A stretch of DNA of 64,000 bases from Oscillibacter sp. (lineage in GTDB: Bacteria > Bacteroidota > Bacteroidia > Bacteroidales > UBA932), in assembly GCA_963650425.1 (NCBI GenBank), contig CAVJKV010000006.1:8583-72582 (forward strand). The letters are read 5' to 3'. The notes under the pieces are model-generated. The model saw only the letters and a program-made list of their open reading frames with translations, was not told the DNA's origin and did no database searches. Every line of letters starts with the position of its first letter. Positions within the stretch are counted from its first letter, which is position 1. The position numbers and the translations under genes were made by a program. Below, piece after piece: positions 18,151 to 28,501 of this stretch.

Positions 18151-18827
18151 GAAAAAGTCTTATAAGTCTGATGTTGGCCGCAGCGTTTCTTGCAGTGTCC
18201 TGCGGTCCGTCCAACAAGATTACCCGAGGCGAGCAGTATGCCAAGATGTATGAAGACAAGCCGGTGACTCTGCTGATTATGCCTCCTATCAACAATACGT
18301 CGAATGTGGAGGCGAAGGACTATTTGTATACGTCCATAAGCAAGCCTTTGGCTGAAGCCGGGTACTATGTGATTTCACCTCTTCTTGCGATTGATATTCT
18401 CAAGGCGGAGAGTGCATACGATTCCGAGAACTTCGTTGAGGGGCCACTCAATGTATTCAAGGACTATTTCGGTTGCGACGCGGTAGTGTTTTCCGAGATT
18501 AACAAGTGGACAAAGAAGGGCTTCGGAATCGAGGCTGACCTGCGTTATTTTATCCGGTCTGCGTATGACGGGGAGACTATCTTCGACAGAAGTTGCAAGC
18601 TCTATCTCGACTTGTCGGTGTCATCCGGCAGTTCATCAGGGCTCGGCGCGCTGATTTCATTGGCAGCATCTGCAATCAACACTGCGGTGACCAATCACAT
18701 TGTGGCTGCACGCGAAGCCAATTATTTTATATTCAGGGATATTCCGAGGGGAAAGTATAGTCCTATGTACGAGCAAGACAAGGATGTCATAGCGGAGAAG
18801 AAGGATATTACCGCCTCTGTCAAGTAG
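18147..18827 (+). CDS. DUF799 / GNA1162-family lipoprotein
   Basis: Lipobox AVSC; KPVTLLIMPPINNT, PLAEAGYYVISP, FGCDAVVF, IPRGKYSP. Confidence 0.8.
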   Translation: MRKSLISLMLAAAFLAVSCGPSNKITRGEQYAKMYEDKPVTLLIMPPINNTSNVEAKDYLYTSISKPLAEAGYYVISPLLAIDILKAESAYDSENFVEGPLNVFKDYFGCDAVVFSEINKWTKKGFGIEADLRYFIRSAYDGETIFDRSCKLYLDLSVSSGSSSGLGALISLAASAINTAVTNHIVAAREANYFIFRDIPRGKYSPMYEQDKDVIAEKKDITASVK

Positions 18828-18874
18828 CGGTCTGAATATCAGCAGAATATAAATAGCATAGCTCAATACTGAGT

Positions 18875-18939
18875 AACAAAACACCGGCTAAATCCTCGGC
18901 TCAGAAAAATTCGCCTCTGGATTCAGTCGGTGTTCTGTT
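18875..18939. terminator. Long hairpin between convergent genes, probable bidirectional terminator
   Basis: AACAAAACACCGGCTAAATCC pairs with GGATTCAGTCGGTGTTCTGTT (18 of 21 Watson-Crick pairs). Confidence 0.55.
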
Positions 18940-18964
18940 TGTGTTGTCAGGGCTGGCGACCTTA

Positions 18965-19969
18965 TTATTTTCCGATAAAGCCCTTCTGCAGAAGGACTTC
19001 TGCGATTTGGACGGCATTGGTGGCCGCGCCTTTCCTGATATTGTCGGAAACGCACCAGAAATTCAGTCCTGACTTGACGGAGAAATCCTTGCGCAGCCTT
19101 CCAACGAAGACATCGTCGTGTCCGAGAGCATATTTGCACATCGGATATATATTCTTGGAAGTGTCGTCCTGCACGGTCACTCCAGGAGTGTTCTCCCAAA
19201 TCTTTCGTACATCTTCCAGTTCGAAATCATTTTCGAATTCGAGGTTCACGGACTCTGAATGGCCTCCGATGACTGGAACACGGGCTGTGGTTGCAGATAC
19301 GCCTATCGAATAGTCGCCCAATATCTTGTGAGTCTCGTTCACCATCTTCATCTCTTCCTTGGTGTAGCCGTTCTCGAGGAAATCGTCAATGTGCGGAATG
19401 ATGTTCTGGTCGATAGGATAAGGGAATTTGGCTGCGTATTCACCCCACTTTGCGCCGTTTCTCTCGGCTTCCATCTGGGCGACAGCCTTGTTGCCAGCTC
19501 CCGTAACGCTCTGATATGTAGAGACTACAATTCTCTTTATGTGATATTTTTTGTGCAGAGGTGCAAGCGGCAGCAACATCTGGATTGTGGAGCAGTTAGG
19601 ATTGGCTATGATATGGTCGTCCGCCGTCAGTACGTCAGCATTGATTTCCGGTACGACAAGTTTCTTTGTCGGATCCATTCTCCAGCAGGAGGAATTGTCC
19701 ACCACATAGCATCCTGTTTCGGCGAATTTTGGAGCGAGTTCCTTGGACGGTCCGCTTCCCGCAGAGAATATGGCGACATCGGGTTTTGCCGCAATCGCCT
19801 GTTCCGCGCTGATTACCGTATATTCTTTACCTTTGAATGTTACTTTGCGTCCGACAGAACGCTCCGAAGCTACGGGAAGAAATTCTGTTACAGGGAAATT
19901 GCGCTCTTCCAGCACTTCCACCATTCTTGTGCCCACCAGTCCGGTGACACCTACAACTGCTACTTTCAT
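18965..19969 (-). CDS. asd: Aspartate-semialdehyde dehydrogenase
   Basis: GVTGLVG, DNSSCWRM, IIANPNCSTIQM, STYQSVTGAG, DNIRKGAATNAVQIAE. Confidence 0.97.
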   Translation of the reverse strand: MKVAVVGVTGLVGTRMVEVLEERNFPVTEFLPVASERSVGRKVTFKGKEYTVISAEQAIAAKPDVAIFSAGSGPSKELAPKFAETGCYVVDNSSCWRMDPTKKLVVPEINADVLTADDHIIANPNCSTIQMLLPLAPLHKKYHIKRIVVSTYQSVTGAGNKAVAQMEAERNGAKWGEYAAKFPYPIDQNIIPHIDDFLENGYTKEEMKMVNETHKILGDYSIGVSATTARVPVIGGHSESVNLEFENDFELEDVRKIWENTPGVTVQDDTSKNIYPMCKYALGHDDVFVGRLRKDFSVKSGLNFWCVSDNIRKGAATNAVQIAEVLLQKGFIGK

Positions 19970-19994
19970 CTATTTGATAATTATTCAAGTTTCG

Positions 19995-20052
19995 CAAAAA
20001 TACCCAATAAAAATTCCATAGGCAAGAATCTCCGAAAGGTTTTGTATCTTTG
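19995..20052. promoter_or_regulatory. Divergent -7 promoter boxes for asd and the GH130 operon
   Basis: TATTTTTG on the minus strand (20002-19995) and TATCTTTG on the plus strand (20045-20052). Confidence 0.65.
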
Positions 20053-20073
20053 TAAGACAAACCGATTCAGATT

Positions 20074-21072
20074 ATGAATTCAATAAAGATTCAGGGTGAA
20101 TCCCTCCCTAATATGCCTTGGCAGGACCGTCCGGCAGGATGTTCTGACCCGTTGTGGCGTTTCTCTGCTAACCCTGTGATACCAAGAGACTTGTTGCCGG
20201 ATTCCAACAGTATATTCAACTCGGCTGTCGTGCCTTTTGAAGGAGGATTCGCTGGAGTGTTCCGCTGCGATGACAAGAACCGCAGAATGACGCTTCACGC
20301 GGGATTTTCCAAGGACGGATTCAAATGGGATATCAATCCCGATACTGTCAAGTTTATGGGCGCTGACCCTGAGGTTGCAGAATGGGTGTACGGCTATGAC
20401 CCTAGAGTCGCAAAGATTGAAGACAAATACTATGTGACCTGGTGCAACGGCTATCACGGCCCGACCATCGGAATTGCGTGGACTACAGATTTCAAGACAT
20501 TCCATCAGATGGAGAACGCATTCCTTCCGTACAACCGCAACGGTGTGCTTTTCCCTAAAAAGATAAACGGCAAATACGCATTGCTCTCGCGTCCGAGCGA
20601 CACCGGGCATACTGCATTCGGTGACATATTCTATTCTGAATCTCCTGATATGGAGTACTGGGGACATCACCGTCACGTTATGGCTCCGGCGCCGTTTGAG
20701 GTAAGCGCCTGGCAGTGTATGAAGATTGGCGCAGGTCCGGTCCCTATCGAGACGTCAGAGGGATGGTTGCTGTTCTATCATGGCGTGCTTCATTCCTGCA
20801 ACGGATATGTCTATGCCTTCGGTTCCGCTCTCCTTGACTTGGAACAGCCGTGGAAGGTCATTGCAAGAAGCGGTCAGTATCTCATTTCCCCGCGCGAAAT
20901 CTATGAACTTACCGGAGATGTTCCTGACGTTACATTCCCTTGCGCCGCTTTGCACGACCCTGATACCGGACGAGTTGCCGTTTATTATGGATGTGCCGAC
21001 ACCGTTACAGGTCTTGCATTCGGCTATATCCCGGAAATCATAGAATTTACCAAGAGAACCAATATCTTGTAA
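20074..21072 (+). CDS. GH130 beta-mannoside phosphorylase (Man-beta-1,4-GlcNAc / mannooligosaccharide phosphorylase-like)
   Basis: [75 protein letters not shown]; no signal peptide. Confidence 0.92.
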   Translation: MNSIKIQGESLPNMPWQDRPAGCSDPLWRFSANPVIPRDLLPDSNSIFNSAVVPFEGGFAGVFRCDDKNRRMTLHAGFSKDGFKWDINPDTVKFMGADPEVAEWVYGYDPRVAKIEDKYYVTWCNGYHGPTIGIAWTTDFKTFHQMENAFLPYNRNGVLFPKKINGKYALLSRPSDTGHTAFGDIFYSESPDMEYWGHHRHVMAPAPFEVSAWQCMKIGAGPVPIETSEGWLLFYHGVLHSCNGYVYAFGSALLDLEQPWKVIARSGQYLISPREIYELTGDVPDVTFPCAALHDPDTGRVAVYYGCADTVTGLAFGYIPEIIEFTKRTNIL

Positions 21073-21076
21073 TCTT

Positions 21077-23407
21077 ATGACTGCAAGATACTTGTCAATA
21101 ATATTCCTTGCCCTGGTGCTGTCACTCGGGCAGGGATTTTCTTCTTCTGCAGCCGCTGAAGATGCGCCCGTCGGCTATGTCAATCCGTTTGTCGGCACTA
21201 CAAACTTCGGAACGACCAATCCCGGGGCGGTGTGCCCGAACGGTATGATGAGCGTTTCTCCGTTCAACGTGATGGGCTCGGACAAGAATGTATGGGACAA
21301 GGACAGCAGGTGGTGGTCCACTCCGTATTGCTATGAAAACAAGTTCTTTACTGGATTTTCGCACGTGAATCTGAGTGGCGTGGGATGTCCGGAACTCGGT
21401 TCGCTTCTCACTATGCCGACTTCGGGTGCGTTGGAAGTGGATTACCGTAAATACGGGTCTGAATACACGGCGGAGAGCGCATCTCCTGGGTATTACACCA
21501 ACACTCTTGTGAAATACGGCATCAAGACAGAGGTCTCGGCCACTATGCGCACAAGCATTGAGCGCTACACATTCCGTGAAGGTCAGGCAAACATTCTGAT
21601 AAACCTAGGGGAAGGACTTACTAACGAGTCCGGAGCGATGGTCCGCAAGGTGAGCGATACCGAAATTGAAGGCACAAAGGTTCTCGGAACATTTTGCTAC
21701 AATTCCCAGGCGGTGTTCCCGATTTATTTCGTGATGCGCGTGAGCAAGACTCCTTCGCGCAGCGGATATTGGAAAAAACAGCGTCCTATGACTGCAGAAG
21801 CGGCTTGGGACAAGGATCAGGGGAAATATAAACTATATACCAGATATGCCAGAGAAATAGAGGGTGATGACGTGGGATTCTGGTACAGTTACGACAATGT
21901 GGCTGAGGGTGAGCAGATTGAAGTCAAAATTGGTGTTTCATTCGTAAGTTGCGAGAATGCCAGGGAAAATCTTGACGCTGAACAGGACGGCTTTGATTTC
22001 GACAAGGTGCGTGCTGACGCAGTCGCAAAATGGAACAGTGACCTGTCGCGCATACGGGTGGAAGGCGGTACTGAAGAACAGAAATATGTCTTCTATACGG
22101 CTCTCTACCACACTCTTATCCATCCGAATATTCTCAATGACGTTAATGGAGAATATCCTGTGATGGAATATTACGATACAAGCAAGCCCGGCATCGGCAA
22201 AGTTGAGCCGGGTCACAACAGATATACGGTCTTTTCACTTTGGGACACTTACCGTAATGTGCACCAGCTGATGACGTTGCTGTTCCCGGAACGTCAACTG
22301 GATATGGTGCGCTCAATGGTATCTATGTACAAGGAATGGGGCTGGATGCCGAAGTGGGAACTCTACGGAAGGGAAACGTTTACGATGGAAGGTGACCCGT
22401 CCATCCCGGTTATTGCAGACACCTGGCTTAAGGGGTTGCGTGATTTCGATATGGATAGCGCATACGAGGCGTTTGTCAAATCGGCAAACGATACGACATC
22501 CGCTAATCTTATGCGTCCGGACAATGCTCCTTATGTCAGGGACGGATATATTCCGCTCGGATATTTCGCGGGGGATTTCTCCGGTGACAATTCTGTATCA
22601 CACGCGTTGGAATACTATGTCGCTGACAATGCGTTGTCACTTCTTGCAAACGATCTCGGAAAGGAGGAAGATGCGCGTCTGTACAGAAGCAGAGCACTGA
22701 ATTACAGGCATTACTATAGCAAGGAGTCCGGTACGCTCCGTCCTCTCAATGCTGACGGCACCTTCCTTTCACCGTTCAATCCGCGTCAGGGGGAGAACTT
22801 TGAAGAAGTGCCCGGCTTCCACGAGGGCAGCGCCTGGAATTACACGTTTTTCGTGCCTCATGATGTGTATGGTTATGCACGTCTTATGGGTGGTGACAAA
22901 GTGTTCCTGTCCAAGTTGCAGAAGGTGTTTGATGACGGGTTGTACGACCCTGCGAACGAGCCGGATATAGCATACGCCTATCTTTTCAGCCGGTTCAAGG
23001 GCTCGGAATGGTGCACCCAGAAGACTGTCAGCCAGCTTCTTGCAAAATACTTTACGACCTGTCCTGACGGAATTCCAGGCAATGATGACACCGGAACAAT
23101 GTCAGCGTGGGCAGTGTTCTCGATGATGGGATTCTATCCGGATTGTCCGGGAGAGCCGTATTACACTGTCACCTCACCGGCTTTTGACAAAGTCGTCATT
23201 TCTCTTGATCCGAAATGGTATGAAGGGCATAGTGAACTGACTGTCAGCAAGGTAGTTTCCGGAGGGAAACAGTTGGCCGAAGAAGGCTCTTATGACAGAA
23301 TCCGCTCTATGACTCTTAACGGCAGGACGAACAAATCATACCGCATCGGCCATAAGGATTTGACTACAGGAAATAAACTGATACTTAACTGCATACGAAC
23401 GAAATAA
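21077..23407 (+). CDS. GH92 alpha-mannosidase, secreted
   Basis: YVNPFVGT, PGAVCPNGM, FSLWDTYR, HEGSAWNYTF, NEPD, GIPGNDDTGTMSAW. Confidence 0.93.
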   Translation: MTARYLSIIFLALVLSLGQGFSSSAAAEDAPVGYVNPFVGTTNFGTTNPGAVCPNGMMSVSPFNVMGSDKNVWDKDSRWWSTPYCYENKFFTGFSHVNLSGVGCPELGSLLTMPTSGALEVDYRKYGSEYTAESASPGYYTNTLVKYGIKTEVSATMRTSIERYTFREGQANILINLGEGLTNESGAMVRKVSDTEIEGTKVLGTFCYNSQAVFPIYFVMRVSKTPSRSGYWKKQRPMTAEAAWDKDQGKYKLYTRYAREIEGDDVGFWYSYDNVAEGEQIEVKIGVSFVSCENARENLDAEQDGFDFDKVRADAVAKWNSDLSRIRVEGGTEEQKYVFYTALYHTLIHPNILNDVNGEYPVMEYYDTSKPGIGKVEPGHNRYTVFSLWDTYRNVHQLMTLLFPERQLDMVRSMVSMYKEWGWMPKWELYGRETFTMEGDPSIPVIADTWLKGLRDFDMDSAYEAFVKSANDTTSANLMRPDNAPYVRDGYIPLGYFAGDFSGDNSVSHALEYYVADNALSLLANDLGKEEDARLYRSRALNYRHYYSKESGTLRPLNADGTFLSPFNPRQGENFEEVPGFHEGSAWNYTFFVPHDVYGYARLMGGDKVFLSKLQKVFDDGLYDPANEPDIAYAYLFSRFKGSEWCTQKTVSQLLAKYFTTCPDGIPGNDDTGTMSAWAVFSMMGFYPDCPGEPYYTVTSPAFDKVVISLDPKWYEGHSELTVSKVVSGGKQLAEEGSYDRIRSMTLNGRTNKSYRIGHKDLTTGNKLILNCIRTK

Positions 23408-23415
23408 CACAAGAT

Positions 23416-25626
23416 ATGAGATATAAAGCGTTGGTACTTGCGCTGCCGCTACTGATAATGACAAATTGCGCAACAAGCATTGATTCGGCTGATTACACTC
23501 AGTATGTCAATACCAAGATAGGTACGGGCGGACACGGGCACGTATTCGTCGGGGCGAATGTCCCATTCGGACTGGTTCAACTCGGGCCTACCAGCATTCC
23601 GCAGACTTGGGACTGGTGCTCCGGGTATCACGATAGTGATTCTACGGTGATAGGATTTTCACATACCCATCTTGAGGGAACAGGCATCGGTGATTTGTTT
23701 GATGTTACGGTTATGCCTGTAATCGGTGATGTGAAATATGCGCGTGGTGAGGAACCTGCCGGGAATGCGACTCCTCAGCAGACAGAAGAAGCCCTTCACA
23801 GCGGACTTTGGTCTTATGCGGACAGAACCAAGGAGGTTACCAGACCTGGATATTACAGCGTACCTCTTACACGTTACGGAATCATTGCGGAACTGACCGC
23901 CACAAGCAGGGTCGGACTGCACCGTTATACATTCCCTGCAAGCGATTCATCTGCAATTGTTTTCGATCTTGAAAACGGCGGATGCTGGGACAAGGCGACA
24001 TCGACATTGACGGAACGTGTGGACAGCATTACAATCCGTGGATACAGATATTCCACCGGCTGGGCTAAGAACCAGAAGGTATTCTTCTATGCGCAGTTCA
24101 GCAAACCGTTCGACAGGCTCGAGACGGCAGAGAATTTCAGCCGCGCTGATTTCCGCACAAGTGACGGCGAGCAGATTCTTGTAAAGGTTGCATTGTCTCC
24201 TGTAAGTATGGATGGTGCGCGAGCAAATATGGCTGCTGAACTTCCCGGTTGGGATTTTGAAGCGACAGCAGAGGCTGCACGCAAAGCCTGGAACAGCGAA
24301 TTGTCCAAAATTAAGATTGAGACAAATGACGATGATGCCCGCACAGTGTTCTATACGGCACTCTATCACTCGATGATTGAGCCGGCAGAATTTAACGACG
24401 TGAACCGCGACTACAGAGGCTCTGATGACCAGGTTCACACCAATGCGGATTTTGACAATTACACGACATTCTCATTGTGGGATACCTACCGCGCAGCAAT
24501 GCCGTTGATGACAATCATTCACGCGGAGAAAATCAATGACATCGCCAATACGATGCTGCACATATACAAGGAGCAGGGCAAACTCCCGGTTTGGCATCTC
24601 TGGGGCAATGAAACTGACTGTATGGTCGGCAACCCGGGTGTTATAGCATTGGCGGACATTCTGGTCAAGGGATTTGACGGATTCGACAAGGACCTGGCTT
24701 ATAATGCACTCAAGGATTCCGAGATGAGACCAGACAGGGGGCAGGATTTGAGAATGCAATACGGATTCATCCCTGCAGACAAGAATTTCGACGAGTCGGT
24801 TGCATACGATATGGAATATGCCATTGCAGACGGTGCTATGGCGCAGGCCTGCAAGTTCTTGGGGAAGGATAGCGACTATGGCTATTTCCTCAACCGTAGC
24901 CATTCATACAGAAATTATTTCGATACTACCACGCTCTTTATCCGTGGCAAAAATGCAGACGGTACGTTTATCGAGCCGTTCAATCCGTACAGGTCCGAAC
25001 ATAGGGCGGATGTCTATTGCGAAGGTAACGCCTGGCAATACACTTGGCTTGCACCGCAGGATTTTGAAGGCCTCGTAAAACTCTATGGCTCGGAGGCTAA
25101 GTTTACGGAAAGGCTTGATTCTCTGTTCGCTGCCGACAGCAAGATAGAGGGTGAGAACAAATCCAGCGACATATCCGGTCTTATCGGTCAATATGCTCAC
25201 GGCAACGAGCCTAGCCATCACATTATCTACTTCTACACGATGGCTCACCAGCCGTGGAAGACCGCTGATCTCGCATCCCGGATTTTCAAGGAATTCTATT
25301 TCAATGACCCTAACGGACTTGCGGGCAATGAGGATGTAGGACAGATGTCGTCCTGGTACATTCTCTCAAGTCTCGGTTTCTACCAGGCCGAGCCGGCGGT
25401 ACCTCGTTTCTGGTTCGGAAAACCGGCGTTTGACAAGGCAGTGGTGAAGGTTCCGGGCGGTACGTTCACGGTGACGGCAGAAGGTATGAGTTCTGAAAAT
25501 AAATACATTCAGAGCATTACGCTCAACGGTGAGGACTATAAACTTCCTTACATTGAGTATTCGGATATTTTCCGCGGCGGCAGTCTCGTGTTCAAGATGG
25601 GCGCAGAGCCGAAGTTGTGGTATTGA
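23416..25626 (+). CDS. GH92 alpha-1,2-mannosidase-like, secreted or lipoprotein
   Basis: GTGGHGHVFVGANVPFG, FSHTHLEGTG, FSLWDTYRA, EGNAWQY, GQYAHGNEPSHH, GNEDVGQMSSW. Confidence 0.93.
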   Translation: MRYKALVLALPLLIMTNCATSIDSADYTQYVNTKIGTGGHGHVFVGANVPFGLVQLGPTSIPQTWDWCSGYHDSDSTVIGFSHTHLEGTGIGDLFDVTVMPVIGDVKYARGEEPAGNATPQQTEEALHSGLWSYADRTKEVTRPGYYSVPLTRYGIIAELTATSRVGLHRYTFPASDSSAIVFDLENGGCWDKATSTLTERVDSITIRGYRYSTGWAKNQKVFFYAQFSKPFDRLETAENFSRADFRTSDGEQILVKVALSPVSMDGARANMAAELPGWDFEATAEAARKAWNSELSKIKIETNDDDARTVFYTALYHSMIEPAEFNDVNRDYRGSDDQVHTNADFDNYTTFSLWDTYRAAMPLMTIIHAEKINDIANTMLHIYKEQGKLPVWHLWGNETDCMVGNPGVIALADILVKGFDGFDKDLAYNALKDSEMRPDRGQDLRMQYGFIPADKNFDESVAYDMEYAIADGAMAQACKFLGKDSDYGYFLNRSHSYRNYFDTTTLFIRGKNADGTFIEPFNPYRSEHRADVYCEGNAWQYTWLAPQDFEGLVKLYGSEAKFTERLDSLFAADSKIEGENKSSDISGLIGQYAHGNEPSHHIIYFYTMAHQPWKTADLASRIFKEFYFNDPNGLAGNEDVGQMSSWYILSSLGFYQAEPAVPRFWFGKPAFDKAVVKVPGGTFTVTAEGMSSENKYIQSITLNGEDYKLPYIEYSDIFRGGSLVFKMGAEPKLWY

Positions 25627-25655
25627 TTTCATAGATAATTAAATACAAAACAAAT

Positions 25656-26759
25656 ATGAAAGATTATAAATCAGACAAGAGAATCGTGCTGACTCTGGAT
25701 GCCGGAGGAACCAATATGGTGTTCAGCGCTATGCGTGGAGGAGAATATATCGTTGACCCTCTGACACTTCCGTCAAATGCGAAGGACCTTGACCTTTGTC
25801 TTCAGACTTTGGTGAAAGGCTTCAGCGCAATCATCGAAAAACTTGACGCAAAGCCGGCGGCAATCAGTTTTGCATTCCCCGGCCCTGCCGACTATCCTAA
25901 CGGAATCATCGGCGGTTATCTTCCGAACTTTCCGTCATTCCGCGACGGCGTGGCATTGGGTCCGTTCCTGCAGGACAAATTCGGTGTACCTGTATTCATC
26001 AACAATGACGGAGACCTCTATGCCTACGGTGAGGCTCTCGGCGGCGCGCTACCATATCTCAATGAAAAATTGCGTGAGGCAGGCAGCAGCAAGCAGTTCC
26101 ACAACCTTATCGGTTACACCTTTGGAACAGGTCTCGGCGTCGGTTTCGTCATCAATGGCCAGCTCAATCAGGGTGACAATTCATGTGTGGAGACATATTG
26201 TCTGCCTAATTTCAGGATGCCGGGCTATATTCTTGAGGATAGCGCGTCCATCCGTGCAGTCGTTAGGGTTTACGGAGAAGAGAGCGGAAATCCGAACCAC
26301 GGCCTGACACCAAAGGAGATTGCCGAGATATGCAATGGCGAGCGGGAAGGCGACAAGAAAGCAGCCCTCAAGGCTTTCCACGATCTGGGAGCGGCAGCAG
26401 GTGACGGAATGGCTATCGCAGCATCATTGTTTGACGGAATCATCTGCATCGGCGGCGGACTTATGCACAGTGACAAGTACATTATGCCTGGCATTCTGGA
26501 ATCAATGCGTTCCACAGTCAAGACGGTTTCCGGCGACACTATAGGCAAGGTGCAGCCAAAAGTTTACAATCTCGATGACCCTGAGGAGTTTGCGGCATTC
26601 GCAAAAGGAGATGCAAGACAGATAAAGGTTTACGGCTCCGACAGGACTGTGACATACGATCCGCAGAAACGTCTCGGTGTTATGAAGTCGAAGATCGGCG
26701 CAAGCAAAGCAATCTCTCTCGGCGCTTACACCTTCGCACTCAATCAGTTGGACAAATAA
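25656..26759 (+). CDS. ROK family sugar kinase (probable manno/hexokinase)
   Basis: LDAGGTN, FAFPGPADY, VFINNDGD, TFGTGLGVG; no N-terminal HTH. Confidence 0.85.
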   Translation: MKDYKSDKRIVLTLDAGGTNMVFSAMRGGEYIVDPLTLPSNAKDLDLCLQTLVKGFSAIIEKLDAKPAAISFAFPGPADYPNGIIGGYLPNFPSFRDGVALGPFLQDKFGVPVFINNDGDLYAYGEALGGALPYLNEKLREAGSSKQFHNLIGYTFGTGLGVGFVINGQLNQGDNSCVETYCLPNFRMPGYILEDSASIRAVVRVYGEESGNPNHGLTPKEIAEICNGEREGDKKAALKAFHDLGAAAGDGMAIAASLFDGIICIGGGLMHSDKYIMPGILESMRSTVKTVSGDTIGKVQPKVYNLDDPEEFAAFAKGDARQIKVYGSDRTVTYDPQKRLGVMKSKIGASKAISLGAYTFALNQLDK

Positions 26760-26790
26760 TTAAAATAAGTGCGTATAATAGATTAAAGAA

Positions 26791-27768
26791 ATGTATCCTC
26801 TGAAATTCAAGCCAATCCTCAAGACGGTTGTCTGGGGAGGCGAAAAAATAGCACCATATAAGGAAGTCGTTACAGACCAGCACAATATCGGTGAAAGTTG
26901 GGAACTTTCAGGCGTGAAGGGACACGAATCCGTCATCGCCAACGGAGAATTCGAAGGCAAGACCATAACAGAACTTGTGGAGCAATTCAAAGGAAAACTT
27001 GTAGGTGAGAAGGTTTATGCCAATACCGGCAATGAATTTCCGCTTCTCATAAAGTTCATTGACGCGAAGAGCGACCTCTCCATTCAGGTTCATCCGAATG
27101 ACGAACTCGCTGCAAAACGCCACAACTCCAAGGGCAAGACAGAAATGTGGTATGTGGTCGGAGCAGACAAGGGCGCCCATCTCCTTTCAGGACTTTCAAA
27201 GCATATCACTCCTGAAGAATATGTGCAGCGTATCGGGGACAATACCATCACTGATGTCCTGACAAACTTCAATGTGAAGGAAGGCGATGTGTTCTTCCTG
27301 CCTGCAGGACGTATCCACGCCATAGGAACCGGCTGTTTCATTGCTGAAATCCAGCAGACATCCGACATTACCTACAGAATTTACGACTATGGCCGTCTCG
27401 GTCTTGACGGAAAGCCTCGCGAACTGCACACAGAGCAGGCCAAGGATGCCATTGACTACACGGTTTATCCTGAGTACAAGACGAAATACACCGAGAAGAA
27501 GGACAGCGAGAATGTTCTTGTAGAATGCAAGTATTTCACCACCAGTGAGTACAATCTCGACAAGCCTTTCACCAAGGACCTCTCGAAAATTGACTCGTTC
27601 CTTGTTGTGATGTGTCTCGAAGGAAAGGGCACACTCACAGACCACGAGGACGTTGATCATACTTTGACGGTTCATCAGGGAGAGACTGTTCTGATTCCTG
27701 CCACATCAAAGGGCGTGACATTCACCCCGGCAGAAGGAATGAAACTTCTTACGAGCTACATCGGATAA
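26791..27768 (+). CDS. manA: Mannose-6-phosphate isomerase, type I
   Basis: VWGG, GESWELS, FPLLIKFIDA, LSIQVHP, GKTEMWY, EIQQTSDITYRIYDY. Confidence 0.95.
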   Translation: MYPLKFKPILKTVVWGGEKIAPYKEVVTDQHNIGESWELSGVKGHESVIANGEFEGKTITELVEQFKGKLVGEKVYANTGNEFPLLIKFIDAKSDLSIQVHPNDELAAKRHNSKGKTEMWYVVGADKGAHLLSGLSKHITPEEYVQRIGDNTITDVLTNFNVKEGDVFFLPAGRIHAIGTGCFIAEIQQTSDITYRIYDYGRLGLDGKPRELHTEQAKDAIDYTVYPEYKTKYTEKKDSENVLVECKYFTTSEYNLDKPFTKDLSKIDSFLVVMCLEGKGTLTDHEDVDHTLTVHQGETVLIPATSKGVTFTPAEGMKLLTSYIG

Positions 27769-27882
27769 AATGCTCCCAAGCATTTCCGGTGCGGAGCCGA
27801 CGGCATTATATTGCTGAAATCCCAATTTATTGGGATTGATGGTCAGACATCTCTGCGATAACTTTGAAAAGTTTTTGCGGAG

Positions 27883-28494
27883 ATGCAGACAAGAAAAGTC
27901 GAAATATCTACCAGAATACTCCAGGAGGCCTCTGCGCTTTTCCTGGAGAAAGGTTTTTTGGGGACTTCTATGCGTGAAATCGCAAGGAGGTGTGACATCG
28001 TGGTCGGGAATATCTACAACTATTACCGCGACAAGGATGAACTTCTCGAGGTGGTGACTGCGCCAGCTGTCAATGCTCTGAAAGATATTGCGCTATCGCA
28101 TAGAGAACATCGTCTGAACTATACCGAACCGCTCGTCAATAACGGAGATTTGTCCGCGGTGACTGAAGAATATCTGGAGTTGATTGAAAGTTTCAGCACA
28201 CCGCTCAAGATACTGCTTCTGCACGCAAACGGCTCCGCACTCGAAGATTATCCGAGCAAATATGCCAGAGAACATCTTTCCGGAATAAGGGAAAGTCTGG
28301 AAAATATGTCACAGGCCCACCCGGAAGCGAACGTGAACACCGGCATCTCTGATTTTGAAATCTATATGAGTGTAGTCCGGATATTCACTATGATAGAGGA
28401 ATTATTGAAAAACGGGCTCCCCGAAGAGGAAGCCCGTGAATTTGTCCGTGCAAGTCTGGAATTTGAATCAGGTATGTTCCTGACTCGCAAATAA
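27883..28494 (+). CDS. TetR/AcrR family transcriptional regulator
   Basis: LFLEKGFLGTSMREIARRCDIVVGNIYNYYRDKDELL HTH; own -7 box TAACTTTG at 27859-27866. Confidence 0.9.
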   Translation: MQTRKVEISTRILQEASALFLEKGFLGTSMREIARRCDIVVGNIYNYYRDKDELLEVVTAPAVNALKDIALSHREHRLNYTEPLVNNGDLSAVTEEYLELIESFSTPLKILLLHANGSALEDYPSKYAREHLSGIRESLENMSQAHPEANVNTGISDFEIYMSVVRIFTMIEELLKNGLPEEEAREFVRASLEFESGMFLTRK

Positions 28495-28501
28495 TTGTCT
28501 G

